Shown: positions 40,501 to 51,799 of the stretch, one piece after another
How positions within the stretch are numbered: the first letter of the stretch is position 1
Layout of the letters: each line of letters begins with the position of its first letter
DNA from: Phoronis australis
Taxonomy: Eukaryota > Animalia > Phoronida
Reading direction: 5' to 3'
Assembly (NCBI GenBank): GCA_002633005.1
Contig: NMRA01000011.1
Span: forward strand, 904,855 to 968,854
Length of the DNA stretch: 64,000 nt
Position numbers and translations under genes: made by a program
The notes under the pieces: generated by a model
Told to the model about the DNA's origin: nothing
The model's input: the letters and a program-made list of their open reading frames with translations, nothing else
Databases searched by the model: none

Positions 40501-43500
40501 ACAAAACTTGGATCCAACAATTACACTCTAAAAAGAAAACTCTGAGGTTTTCAAATCCATGTTACCAGTGTGAACACTTGATGACTCAAAGTTGGAAAAT
40601 TCATGTGACCATAAAAGTCTGTAGTCTTGGGATTTTGATTAAAAATGTCTTCTGTATCTTAGCTGATAACAGTTGACACATCGCCAGTTTATGAAAAGCG
40701 TAATTTTTCCAAGGAATGTTTACACCTCCAAAGACATATTTGCTTAAAAATCACAACTTCTTTCTCATTGTACAATAATCAATAAAACTATTTCAGTAAG
40801 TGCAACAACTCAAAAGGCCTGTACCATGGTTTGAAGCAATTCAGAATGGTTTTGTAAAACTGGGTCAAAACACCTCACGTAATAGGTTATAAAAACCAAT
40901 GTCACAGAATCAAATAAAACTAGCGTGCTGTTATCACTACCAGGAATGGTGAATACCCACTTGACAAGGCTTTCTGATACGCTCTGCCTGTTTGAATGAA
41001 GGTCTTCAGTCTTGGTGCAAAGGCATCGTTTAAGTCCTGAAAGATGCAAATTGTAAGATTATCTTAGAGATGATTAAAGTTGACATAAACTTGCAGATTA
41101 ACGCACATTTGGTATCCAGCACTCCCTACTGGTTTAATCAGCTTATATCTTTCCACAGTATTAGGACATCTCTTACAAAATCATAAATAATATCCAATTC
41201 AAAAGCTGGCCGAAATGCATTCACTTTTGCCAGTAGTAAAAATGTCAGTAATCTGAACACTTTCAAGTGCATAATATACACCACTACTGATGGGGTTTGC
41301 ACCACCATAAGCACATGCTCAGGGAAAGGAGACCTGTCTTTATTGTTGTTTAAATTCAATTTTTGTTATTAAAGAAATTCGGATGTTGAGAAAACACTAA
41401 TTCCTGGCAAAAATGACGCCTTCACAGACAGCACTTTTGTTTGGCTAAATCATATGCATTTACTCACATGAACCTTAAATGTAAGTGAACCTTAAATATA
41501 AGTGAACCTTACATGTAAGTGAACCTTAAATGTAAGAGAACATTAAATGTAAGTGAACCTTAAATGTAAGTGAACCTTAAATATAAGTGAACCTTAAACG
41601 TAAGTGAACCTTAAATGTAAGTGAACCTTAAATGTAAGTGAACCTTAAATGTAAGTGAACCTTACATGTAAGTGAACCTTAAATGTAAGTGAACAAGGTG
41701 GTGATGTGCTGACGTGCAGTCGTTCATTTCAAACAATTGTATGCACTTATTAAATCATAAGTGTCAAATGAGGAACAGTATGTTCCCTTAGGGCAAACAA
41801 CAACTAGTTACTGCAACTACTTGTCAACTACTTTTCAGTTTGGAGCTAAATGAAGAACAGTCGTGTACAAGTTCAACAAACACTGACACAGTAAGAGTGT
41901 ATGTACATCCCAGGCTCTCAACTAAAATGGTTATTCTGATGGGACACGAATGTATTTCAGTGGCCAGTCTTGCTTGCCATGTTTTGTTTTCATATCTCTC
42001 AACCTTTCTAATTCAACTTCAGAAATAAGGCCAGGTAAATACTAAAGCTCGTAAGATGTATTTTCAACTTGTTAAACTATTACTTCAGTTTGCGGTTCTA
42101 CAATATTGGATCTCTGAAAGCATGCACAGTGCCGCTTTAAGACGAATACTTCTTGGTAATAACAGAGGCCAAAATAAAAATATTATTTAAAGCGGCTACA
42201 AACATGCCCTCGGTCACAAAAACAGATAATTTGATTCAGATCACTTACTACGGTGTAACTTGTGGGCTCGGAAAGGATTGACATGTGCTATTACTTGAGA
42301 CCAGTCTACAAGTTGGGCCGTCACAGTGTGTCATTTTATTCAACGGCCATTTTCTCAAGGAGTAATGAACTGCCAGTTCTTTTGCAAAACCAAAAATCCC
42401 TTCTCCGCCCGAGACCAGTTTCATAATGTTAAGTGGCCACTTTAACTTTCATGTTACCCACCAGATGGTTAAACACCTCAAATTTCTTAAATTAATATAC
42501 AGCTTGTCAACAGGTGTATCTTGCACGGATATTATTTTAGAGTTGAACAAACACACGCACATAGTACAGTAGTAAAGCACTAGCTACAGTAGCAACTGTT
42601 CACCGTGGATTGTCATGAGGGTAGAAGGGTACATACCCAATGAATGCGTGGATCATTGATTGTCACTTACCACTACACTAGTCATGTCATGAAACAATTT
42701 TGAATCAACATGCAGGTATGAGAAGATAAGCAGGTACTTAGCTGTGATCTGCACTGTTAACAGTTTACCTTAAGTTTAAAACTAAACAAATGAATTCCCC
42801 CNNNNNNNNNNNNNNNNNNNNNNNNNNNNNNNNNNNNNNNNNNNNNNNNNNNNNNNNNNNNNTCCCATACTCACAAGTTATCTTCCATAAACAAACAAAG
42901 GAATCCAAAACGCCAAACTAAAAATTCAATTTTCTGTTTATGTTGAGGACACAGCTTGTAATCATGTTCTGTATAATTTAGAGCAATAATGACCATCAAA
43001 TTAATCAAACAAAACCGTAATCGTTCGGGTTAACGCCCATGCTCAGTTAACCGCCCACCCCCTACTTTAGGTGAATTTCGATTTAACCGCCCACTGCTCG
43101 GTTAACCGCCCCCCTGCTATTTTTGAAGATTTCCAATTAACCGCCCACTGCTCGGTTAACCGCCCATCCCCTACTTTTGACGATTGGTGATTACCGCCCT
43201 GTGCTAATAGAAAACGCGAATCCCCGACCTTTNATCCTGACATGAAGGAATAATGAACACATCATCAATCGCATACTAGTGACGTAGAACTATGCAGTAC
43301 TTAAGCAGTACTAAGCAGAGCTACGTGTAGTTTGAAGTTCAATAACTAAGAGGCCATCCTGCAGCCAACATAAAATACATTTTATAACGTTATTCCAGGA
43401 AACTAAAGCTGGATTCGTACTTATTTAATTATCGGATGATTATCAGTTAACGAAACTCATAAGTTTTGGTATACTTGTCAAAACTAGAATCACAGTTGAA

Positions 43501-46500
43501 AGATGATGGAAGTCGGGCACAAAATGTATGGCTATTATAAAATCATGCTACACACAACACTAACATCGGCTAATGACCGGTAACTGCATATAATTCAGTC
43601 TAATACTTGCACGTATTCGGCTAAATCACAATCAAGGTCCATATTCGAGAGTTGACTGTTTTACGGTCTAAAATAATTTTTTGTTCACTTACCAAATGCC
43701 AACTGAATCTCATTATGCAAAGAGTTATTTAGTTGTGCAAATTAAAAAAAGAATCATCAAAATCGGACAATGTTTGAGAAATATGTGCATGTTTTTGTCT
43801 ATGACAATCATGCATTTTTAGCGTTACGCGCGGCCATCTTAAAAATAAATATTTTCAACTGTCAAGAGTAGAAAAGAAATTTATTTTATCAAGCAAGCAA
43901 TTGTTTAGATACGACTGGGAATAACTTGAGTCACTTTCAGAGTCAATTAGATGAAGTTGTGCTTAATCATTGAGAAATGGTAGGGTTCATCATAAAACAG
44001 GCACGGAATTTGTAAATTCTGTATTTCTAACCCTCACCTACTGTGAAGAAGGTTAAAACTAAAGTTCACACTCTGTAACGAAAAGAACTGCAAAATATGT
44101 CAGTCTAGCCAACACAGAAAATTATTCAATATCTAAACAAACCAAAAGTTTGGATATTGAATGGGTTCTGCTATGCTGAAAATGGGCCAAAAAGGCTAAC
44201 AAAATGTAGTGTACGTACCCCCATGTGGAATTCAGTAATACAAATGGTCATTGCAAATGTAATTTTTTCCTTTAAAGTAACATTATGGTGCTTATTATCA
44301 CCAAAGAAAATAAATGGCCATACAACATTATGTTACCATGTGATGCAGAAACAGTAATGTAGTGTACGTAGCCCCTTTTGTAGTGTACGTTTACCCCCAT
44401 GTTTACAAATGCCATGAAACTAAAATATCACTTGGTAAGTTAGCAACATTGGTCATAGACAGTTTCCTTCCTTAAAAATGTTAGGTTAAAAGAGTGTTTA
44501 TTGCCAATACATTTGTTTTGAGTGAAATATTAGCATTTGTGTAGTGTACATACCCCCATATTTGAATTTGTGCCTATTTTCAAAGTATGGCAGATATGCA
44601 CATGAACGCTGTGCTTTTTATTTTTTCTCTTTGAATTGATTTAGTAAATCAACTAACTCTCAGTAGATTCTTAGTATTTAGTTACAAATCTGACATGTCA
44701 CTGATAAAGTAGTAATACACTTTATTCACTTTAAGTCAAAATCCAAAAAATACAGTTGATACAAATTTACGCTTATGGAGACTCCGTGAAGGACCCCTGT
44801 GTAGTGTACGTACCCCCATGTGAATAAATATTATGAAACAAAAATATTACACGGTAAGTAAGCAACACTTGTCACAGACAGTTTCCTCCTTTAAAAATGC
44901 TAGGTTAAAAGGGTGTTAATTACAAATACATTTGTTTTAAGTGAAGTATTAGCATTTGTGTAGTGTACGTATCCCTATATTTTAACATGTGCCTGTTTTC
45001 AAAGAATGACAGACAGACATGCACATGACTGCATGCTGTATTTTTTATTTGTTCTCTTTGAATATTGGTAAATGAACTAACTCTCAGTAGATTTTAATTA
45101 TTTTTTATAAACCTGAAAAGTCATTGAAATGTAGTGTGTGTACCCCTGTGTAGTGTACGTACCTTCAACCTCTGTGTTATAAAGTATTGCTCACAAGAAT
45201 TTTACATACAGCTGCTGTTCTCATGAACAATACTGATGTTTCCAAAATGAATACAGTCTAACAAAAAAAACAATGGATATTATCAAATTTGTGGACAATA
45301 AAATGCCACACAGGACTTGGCTAGTACTGAAAATCCTAGAAAACACGTCTCAAGACAACTTCAACTTGCAACAAACTAACAAGTAGAGGCAGCACAAAAC
45401 TCGAGACCATCCCATACATTTGTAACTTAGTCAAAATTTGATGTTGATTGACTGTGCGTAGTGTACGTACCCCCCAACCAGTACCATTTTTACTGTTTAC
45501 AAGTGGAACACTGGGCCTAGCATTGCTTTAACTATTTTGGCCAACTGGTGAATGTATTGAAAACTAGGCAAATAGCACCAATAAAGTTTTTGAAAAAGTA
45601 GTTACTCGTCATTTTCTTTTTGTAAGAATCATATTGCAAGAGAAGGAAGTTCTCGTTATAAGTTGTGTTAAGATTTGCAATGTATCATCATCTAGAACAA
45701 CTTGATCAGCAAGGTAATAACTTTTCTTATTTTAGTATGTGACACTTCTTTAATCAAAAACTTATTAAACTAACAGCTACCTTATGAATTTTTGCATGGT
45801 AGAAGTGGGTTGTTGTGACCACAAGTTGTAGTGTACGTACCCTTTCATACAACTGTGATGCATATAGGTCATAAAATTTTATTCGGTGGTTCTTGTGCAA
45901 AAATATTTTAGATTACTAACCTGGAATGATGGTTCTTGAAAATAACACAGCTTTTACAGTTATATGACAACCTTAATTTTTCACCAAAAGTGGCCACCGA
46001 ATATGGACCTTGATTGTGATTTGTCCGATTGCAGTATAAAGGTCCAAGTTCTGGAGACTCTGGTTTTCCATGATAATGAATAACAGAGATTTCACGAAAC
46101 ACCTTTCACAAATTAATGGTATTGAACAAAATTCCGATATTTCAGTACCGTAGTAAAAACTAGACTTTGGATATTTTTGTTTTTCAATTATAAAACACTA
46201 CTATGGCTCAAAAGAAAGGGAAATTGGCATGGAAGTCAGTAAAACAGACATATTGACTATTTTTATTCCGTATTGTGGGTTGTAAAACAAACAACTTAGC
46301 AGTGCACTTGGAAAGCTTTGTTAGTTTGTGAAAAATGAAGTATTGTACTAAGACGTAATGAATGGGGCGTAAACGGGAGACAGTGTGGCTCAGTGGTTTG
46401 AGCTCCCGGCTCCTGTTTGTGAGACCAGGGTTCTAATCCTGGCTTCACTGGCTGACAATCGAGCATTGCACAAAGGTGTCTCCTACTCCTCTACTAGTGA

Positions 46501-47652
46501 ATGTATGCAATGGTGTGAATGACAACCTGGATGTAATACGAAAGCAATTTCTAGGGTTGTGCCCCTGTTATAAAATGGGTTGTAGACATTTGGGTGTGCC
46601 CGTGTAACATCATGTAGAAGGAAGACGGAAGAAGTGGAATTAAGTCGACGGACTGAGGCCATCTAGGCCATTAAGCCAATGGAATGATGTCACTGAGGCC
46701 AAAAACCAGTACGAAACTGGCCAGCCTCCCTCCGCGTCTGCGAAAAAATGGCCCGCGAGAAAAAAAGTTTGAATCTAAATAAAGGCGAGTTGCACTACCT
46801 CGGACAAAGGTAATGTTGTAATAGATGCAACGAAGGTCTGTAGTGGAGCGGGGGAGAAAGAATTTGAGTGAATTTTCTGTTTTATATTATAAAGTAATTA
46901 ACATAATCTATCAAATTTGTTGCCATCGGGCGCTTAATTCTGGATACAACTTAATTGATGACCGCTTTGTAGTGGACATGTTCAAGTACTCCATACTAAA
47001 TGTACATTCTTTCTGAAGGTGGCGTTGTTCCAGTTTCCGCTGGTCAAGAATCAATCAATACGGTGCACAGAAAGTCCTCACAAAAACTGGTTGCTGATTA
47101 TCAATTTGAAATAAGAAGATGGAATTTGCTATTATACCAAATGGGAAAACAAAATTTTAGGTTTTCTAAACCAGATTTCTCTATTTTGGAAAATGGAAAA
47201 CCAGTAAAAAGTCCAGGGAAATATGTTGTTTTATTACATTATGTAGGCTTTTGCACAAAATCTGCAGGTGTTATGGGTTCTACTACATTTTTTCGAAAAT
47301 AAGTTGTCAAAAATCGGTGCACTGTTTCTCCGTGTACAAACAAACACAAATTTAAATTCATACAAACAACAAAACATCGTGAAAATAATACAGACTTGAA
47401 AATTAACAAATAAATTTACATATCTTAGTTTGGTTATTCATGTGACGCTGAGACAGCAGATGAGTCTAAGAGTTGAGACTGGTCGGCCGCTGGTAGGCCT
47501 ATAACGTTAGCAGGCGGCGAAGTTGCCAAATGGTGAATGGGTGATTTTTAAATCCAAGATTTACCCGCTATTTTCAACGTTTAACCTACCTTGTACAATT
47601 TTTCTGTAACATAGTGAATGTGATCACTGGTGGCTTGTTCCTGTGTCCCCAT
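13476..47652 (-). CDS. BAIAP2: IRSp53/IRTKS-family I-BAR + SH3 protein (616 aa; 661 aa with cassette exon)
   Basis: Exons 47652-47590, 41036-40961, 31873-31784, 25243-25182, 23779-23708, 23426-23295, 22708-22556, 22223-22119, 21531-21369, 19637-19448, 19106-19053, 18678-18456, (18168-18034), 16366-16282, 14582-14273, 13548-13476; phases consistent. IMD motif LEERKRYSF, SH3 VRALYDH...DGWHYGE...GWFPLSF, tail FANVKLKKTATNDRSAPRIH. The symbol denotes the family (co-ortholog of BAIAP2/L1/L2). Confidence 0.92.
13737..14160. mobile_element. MITE-like element with long imperfect TIRs
   Basis: aggaaaaattataaatctgtactggacgtacttgagaaagaaaca matches the reverse complement of 14116-14160; gttgagaatgagataaa is also mirrored. 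Confidence 0.72.
14273..14582 (-). CDS. BAIAP2: BAIAP2-like Pro-rich penultimate exon
   Basis: tcacag|AMDHRTMYASSPVHVPNNGLPPPPPPF...PPLPPPPPPVADYDEEES|gtaagt. Confidence 0.88.
15165..16170. repeat. Degenerate interspersed repeat with internal subrepeats (ccactagggggcac); possibly non-autonomous Helitron/Helentron-like
   Basis: ccactagg(g)g.cac recurs near 15186, 15304, 15696 and 15988; the agactcaaaa(a)taataaaa block recurs near 15413 and 15823; related sequence at 30880-31220. Confidence 0.45.
16282..16366 (-). CDS. BAIAP2: BAIAP2-like Pro-rich exon
   Basis: ttctag|PGAPPPPQTMPPSSTMTSANHSQSPPTS|gtgaac, phase 0-1. Confidence 0.82.
18034..18168 (-). CDS. Candidate symmetric cassette exon of BAIAP2-like gene
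   Basis: ccatag|TYQWADYRVVWSGHHPSNVANPRPHTIYEDPRFSHSSLGNLPHWQ|gtacaa; 135 nt, phase 0-0, GC-richer than the flanking intron. Confidence 0.55.
18456..18678 (-). CDS. BAIAP2: BAIAP2-like exon 12
   Basis: LNQRAKSMIDLVDGPDDDIITVLPPADP...RQNPQQ|gtaagc. Confidence 0.85.
19053..19106 (-). CDS. BAIAP2: BAIAP2-like exon 11 (SH3 end)
   Basis: MGWFPLSFTEPFDTNQK AG|gtattt; 3' boundary less certain. Confidence 0.8.
19448..19637 (-). CDS. BAIAP2: BAIAP2-like exon 10 (SH3 N-part)
   Basis: TTLPRSIT...VRALYDHVTKAETQLSFNSGDIIRLIGDKKDGWHYGENIKIH|gtgagt. Confidence 0.93.
21369..21531 (-). CDS. BAIAP2: BAIAP2-like exon 9 (linker)
   Basis: NAEDEHQTNSITDLRQTKFDSLHRQPTDHHTYDKLANGRPRSMTDIAETRSNGT|gtatgt; phase 0-1 bridges its neighbours. 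Confidence 0.82.
22119..22223 (-). CDS. BAIAP2: BAIAP2-like exon 8
   Basis: SQEMLSHRLVEWTALYKDPAQLPENAQNLLAISNE|gtgagt; alternative in-frame acceptor 6 nt downstream. Confidence 0.88.
22556..22708 (-). CDS. BAIAP2: BAIAP2-like exon 7
   Basis: CLRLADECRTKVDSFRLRGLKKVMLEERKRYSFVLDRMCCMVRAYATHHSK|gtgagt. Confidence 0.92.
23295..23426 (-). CDS. BAIAP2: BAIAP2-like exon 6
   Basis: LEHKKYANGHKLLVSSYDKATSNLKKVRRKNKTKGFGQDAKEMQ; basic IMD tip. Confidence 0.9.
23708..23779 (-). CDS. BAIAP2: BAIAP2-like exon 5
   Basis: LKAVTRDLLIPLETKQDSEFKNLS|gtaagt. Confidence 0.88.
25182..25243 (-). CDS. BAIAP2: BAIAP2-like exon 4
   Basis: GSAFLQLAEVYREIQKQIEEN|gtaagt. Confidence 0.9.
26421..27390. mobile_element. 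Foldback/MITE element with long imperfect inverted arms (about 500 and 420 bp)
   Basis: 26421-26922 is the reverse complement of 26968-27390, e.g. agtgggtttgaggctaac / gttagcctcaaacccact and tttcactctgacctttcccactacac / gtgtagtgggaaaggtcagagtgaaa. Confidence 0.88.
28147..28333. repeat. 23-bp minisatellite (ttgtcatggctacacatttagaa) running into an assembly gap
   Basis: About 8 visible copies before the Ns. Confidence 0.92.
28334..29095. other. Assembly gap (N run)
   Basis: Run of n. Confidence 1.
29162..29829. mobile_element. Non-autonomous DNA transposon, ~20-bp TIRs
   Basis: ttaggtggcactgaacagtt ... aaccgttcagtgcctcctta (3 mismatches in 20). Confidence 0.7.
30880..31220 (+). repeat. Interspersed repeat end with terminal hairpin (Helentron/HINE-like)
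   Basis: ccacatat-aa-atatgtgg hairpin near 31191-31208 followed by gcataaaa. Confidence 0.4.
31784..31873 (-). CDS. BAIAP2: BAIAP2-like exon 3
   Basis: VTATAKAHIDSISSLGRAAEQANGAANDIG|gtatgt. Confidence 0.9.
34470..34890. mobile_element. Degenerate MITE
   Basis: Left end aagtccgctccatatacagcctac vs reverse complement of right end aagtgccgtccacgcacagacttac; internal gcaacttg/caagttgc repeats. Confidence 0.5.
38054..38961. repeat. Near-identical ~350-bp duplication (38054-38410, 38614-38961) around a single N, with a transposon end between the copies
   Basis: Copies differ by a few SNPs and a small indel; N at 38411. Confidence 0.9.
39393..39510. repeat. 30-bp minisatellite (ctatccatagtgatccaaagtgatctacaa) with 10-bp substructure
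   Basis: About 4 copies. Confidence 0.9.
40961..41036 (-). CDS. BAIAP2: BAIAP2-like exon 2
   Basis: tttcag|DLNDAFAPRLKTFIQTGRAYQKALS|gtgggt, 76 nt; IMD helix 1. Confidence 0.87.
41469..41694. repeat. 17-bp minisatellite (tgaaccttaaatgtaag), ~13 copies
   Basis: Direct periodicity. Confidence 0.93.
42802..42862. other. Assembly gap (N run)
   Basis: Run of n. Confidence 1.
43013..43232 (+). mobile_element. DNA transposon end with subterminal ttaaccgccc repeats
   Basis: accgta start followed by ~7 ttaa(c)cgccc motifs in ~55-bp units; cut by an N at 43233. Confidence 0.55.
44205..45845. mobile_element. Repeat element with ~10 copies of gtagtgtacgtacccc and an internal ~420-bp duplication
   Basis: Motif near 44205, 44358, 44379, 44540, 44800, 44959, 45130, 45149, 45458 and 45827; 44380-44715 resembles 44800-45135. 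Confidence 0.65.
46382..46460 (+). mobile_element. tRNA-derived SINE head
   Basis: A box tggctcagtgg, B box ggttctaatcc; no intact cloverleaf. Confidence 0.65.
47590..47652 (-). CDS. BAIAP2: BAIAP2-like exon 1
   Basis: MGTQEQATSDHIHYVTEKLYK|gtaggt; resembles the IRSp53 N-terminus (H..TE..YK). Confidence 0.85.
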
Positions 47653-47734
47653 GATACGATGAAAACAGAAAACCAGAAGAAAATTTGGAAGAGAAGATAC
47701 TACATGTTGACTTTCCGATGATATCCGCTGAGTT

Positions 47735-47915
47735 TGACGTCAAAGGTTAAAGTTTGTTGGACGAAATATGTTTCCTTCACTGAAAACCTCTTTACATTTG
47801 AGCGACATCTATTATCGATTACACATGGAGCAGGCCAATGAGATGAATACCATAGACTAGCTAGTTATTATTGGAGGAGGCAGCCACTTCGGATGTGGAG
47901 AGATGGCGGACGTCA
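47735..47915. promoter_or_regulatory. Putative promoter region upstream of the BAIAP2-like ATG
   Basis: TGACGTCA (CRE) 47735-47742, CCAAT 47835-47839, YY1-like AGATGGCGG 47901-47909; locally raised CpG. Confidence 0.4.
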
Positions 47916-48799
47916 TCTATCACACATGTGAACGATTTTACTGGACAAGTTGTGACCACCTCAGGTTTTGATAGCTGCCTATGGTTATAACTAAACGACC
48001 TCTGGAAAATTGCAAATGTTACAAGGTCGCCCCGGCCGGCTGGTCAACCCGAGAGCCCTTAGATCATGTATAGTGAAAATAAAAACCCGGCGAAGGACAA
48101 TAAAATGATGATGACACTTATAAGACTTTTAAAAACGTTTCCATTTTATGAAAAGACTCTATCTTGATCTAGTAATGAGTGTTGACTTGTACTTGTTTAC
48201 ATCCATGAGTACCTGCTGAGCGGCCAGTGGCATATAGGGTAAAAGCCCTAGGAGAAGTGAAAACGCGCATTTCTTAAAATGACGGTGAAATTGACACATT
48301 TCGTTTCGCGACGGAAAACCCGCAGAAACTTCATAGTCATGCAAGGCCTGAACCCGCACGCTGCATCGCAACCGTTCGCTTTCCGTCGCCGGGAGCTGAG
48401 GAACAACCGGTGCATCGCGGATATCGCGTACGAAAAATTGACTTGATCGGATCCGAATGAGTAGTAGGCCACCACATTACAGAATTATCCGAGTAGGTTG
48501 GCACCCACTGAACAAGTGTGAGTGACCCAGGACACCCATTGCCTTCCCTTTCGTCATGTTTCGTGACACTCAGTACAATGACATCGTCGGTGATGGAAGG
48601 AGGATGTGGGTGACCCCATAATGATGGTAATCAATTTTTGTCACTCTTCAAGTTACTATTCAGTAAACCTTGATATATTGAGCCGTTCATGTTAGAGTAC
48701 TTGAGCAGCACGGGGTCTCAGAGATCAGACGGGGATCAGTAGCCGGGGTCCTTGCCCCAGAACGCCTCTTTGTCCCCCTCGTCCCGCACTGTCAACTAG

Positions 48800-49076
48800 T
48801 GCTGGTGTGTTGGTTATGTAGAAGATCGCCTGTGTTGTAGGACCTCACAAGATAATGGTGAGGTAAATGAGTTTGGTACAGAATTATTAGATTTTTGTCA
48901 AAGAAATGAGATAAGAATTCTGAATGGAAGAGTAGGGAAAGATGCAGACATTGGTAGTGTAACATGTGTAACTTATAATGGATGTAGTGTTGTTGATTAT
49001 GTCATGATGAGCAAGGATTTATTGTACTGTGTGGACGGTTTTGAAATCGGTGAAATATGTGAATCGACTGCGCACT
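48800..49076 (+). mobile_element. Non-LTR retrotransposon APE endonuclease fragment
   Basis: RTSQDNGEVNEFGTELLDFCQRNEIRILNGRVGKDADIGSVTCVTYNGCSVVDYVMMS: the ILNGR...G.SVVDY signature; no start codon, so missed by the ORF track. Confidence 0.85.
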
Positions 49077-51654
49077 NTATTGAATAAATATATATATATA
49101 TATATATACTAGTGGCACTATAAAAGAAAAACGAGACTGGCCATGAAAAAAAACACAAAATATGTTAATGAATGAGGGCCAACAGTATTAAGATTTTCAG
49201 TTTGCTGTCTAAAAAACCAAAAATGTCAAACTTCCCGGTATTAAAAAAAGTTCAGTTGACGTTAACTGGAATGGCGAAAAATGGAATTGAAGACTCATAT
49301 TTGCGAATGAGAGGAGATCTATAGGCCTACGTGATTTTATACCGATATTGATACCGTGAGTTTCCCTCGGATTCGGAATTTGAAGAATTTTCTTTTGAAC
49401 ATATGATTTGACGAAGAGGGAATTGTTCGTACGAAACTCGCTTTGTCGAACTGGCTGTCATTGATTGTATTTTTTATGACTCGGTACAGGCACTCTCGTG
49501 TAATGAATTTGGTCATAGTGCAATAAGTAGCAATCGTAAACAAAGATTTATGCGATTTTGGAGTGCAAGTTTAACTCATAAACCCTGACAGGCTACGACT
49601 GGAATGAACCCGAGAATTCACGTTAACACAAATAAATCAGTTATCAAAAACTTCTTGGGGAAGGACCTTAAACCCTCTATTTGTGCCCCGTATCCCATAT
49701 GCTCTGACGGTTGCCCGTAAAGTCAGGTATCAGCACGTTCCCTTCAGTCCAATTAAAATTGTCTAAAAATTTCATAGGCTGCATTACGGATTTGCAACGG
49801 ACGTTGCAACAAATCTGACTGTGATGTGTATTCCTCTGTTGTGGCTATGTAGTTTCCCAACGAGCGTTATTTTTAGTCCTAATACCCCGATAGGTTTTTG
49901 AATTGCATGCTTACCTACCTACGAAAATCTGTCGATTCGCTCTCGGTTTTTTGACTAGTACGAGCTTAGTACATCTTACCAGAAGCTGAGGATGATTCAA
50001 TGAACGTTGCCAGATGAAATTCTGTAAAGTCTCTACCATAATACCCCAACGGTAAACTGCATTCATGCCATTCTGAAATAACTTTCTAAGAAATTTAGGT
50101 GAACTTTGACGTACGGTAGGTTGATGAAATCCGTAATGTTCATTATCTGTTGTCCGGCCCCGCGTAGCATCCACTCGAAACTAATGTAGGCTACAGTGAC
50201 ATTTTCAAGAAGTTTTGAAACAGCTTAGACAGTGCATCAGCGACACCAGAGCCAGTTATAGCGCGCCCTTTCAAATTGTACCCCTTCAATACATGGCCAT
50301 GAAGTGAACTTTCTTTTTCTAACCCGACCTTAGGGCTCATGTTTACCCTCGGAAATTGACGGAACTATAACCGAAGTGCACAAGATGTTCCATTACGAGA
50401 CTAATGCTGTTTCTTACCCTTCTCCGGATTTGCAGCCCGCTGTACGAATTTATATTGTTTTTATATCTCTAAATAATTATATCAGTACATTTGGAACCCT
50501 AATTAACTGATAGTCATAAAAATAGGACAGTAATGGTCAAAATCATTATCTACATACGTAATCGCGTAACGTGCTCAAGCCTAAAAAGTTAATACCCTTT
50601 CCCGCGAATTTTGTTGAAGCACGGTACTCCAAATTCTGGTGCCTATCTCTGCGGTGGCGGGTTGCCCTACAGCAGAGTCTTACCAGGAAGACAGAATTTG
50701 GTGCCCACGGAGAGTATTCCGACTTTGAGACCACAGGCGCAAAAGTCTGGCGAAGTCAAATTAGTTTGTGCTATCGCCATAACGTTTTCCTTCCTACCGA
50801 CCTGCTAGCATTTCTGGGGGTGGAGGCCGTAAGTTTCATTCGGAAATATAATTCACATGAAGGCGCTCACAGGGGGCACTGGTCGCGAAGACGTGTGCGC
50901 AAATTATACGGTTTACAACATCACCTAAAAGTAGAAGTGCTTTGCAACCAGCTAACGGAACAAAAAGATGGTAGTAGAATCCGGTGCCCCTTCACCACAT
51001 GTTCAAGGCTTGGAATGACTTATATGTCAAAAAAGAGGAAAGTTTTCTAGTTGACGTATCATTCTACAAATAAATAGGCTTATGTGATAGAAATATTTTT
51101 CGTTGTTGTAAAATTTAACAACCAGGAACATTTTTCTTTGCATGAATAAAGTCAAAATAATGATAAAAAAGAGGAAATTGGAAATCAAATACGAAATCGA
51201 AATAAAAAAGGAAATCCTCTAGAGGGAGTATCGAAATAAAAAAAGGAAATCCTCTAGAGGAAGTATCCAATCCCTGCATGTTTAGAATTAATGCGTCAAG
51301 TGTCACTCCATTCCAAATAGGATTTGGACATATATAGTTATAACGCCACCAGCAGACAGTATTTCCACGTCAGCACATATACTGACCGCTGCTACAGTAA
51401 CGCCACCACATCTCCCGTTCACAAGGCACTACTTCACCACTACGCCATTAACACATCACGTAAGTCACAAGTCTTAAGGCACCCGGATTCTGGGGTCACT
51501 TATATTTTTGAATGAAACACAAACCATTTGTTGATTGCAAACCTGCATCCAGTATGACAGATCCGTCTATCAAGCGCTAAAAAGGTTTTCAACAGGTAAG
51601 TGTTCCATCATCTCTGGCAGAAACACAAAATTGTGTTAAGATTGGATTAGGGCA

Positions 51655-51799
51655 CAGTGGCGGTTATAAAGGGNCCATGGCCCCCCTAAAATTCTCCCAG
51701 ATTACATTTGGCGATTCGAGGGTGTGAATGTCTGAAGGGCAAAATCCTGGCCAATACTCTGTCCTGCCCCCCCAACTCAAAATCCTGGATCCGCCCCTG
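51655..51799. mobile_element. hAT-like MITE remnant
   Basis: cagtggcgg ... ggatccgcccctg termini; internal N; no TSD seen. Confidence 0.6.

Noticed and set aside
44205-45845. Repeat-spacer pattern as CRISPR
   Set aside because: Spacing is highly irregular (tens to hundreds of bp) and spacers are partly duplicated.
46382-46460. tRNA gene
   Set aside because: A and B boxes only; acceptor and anticodon stems do not pair, so better explained as a SINE head.
50571-51050. 159-aa + strand ORF
   Set aside because: No recognisable domain, non-ATG start, no splice support; a homology search would be needed to revive it.
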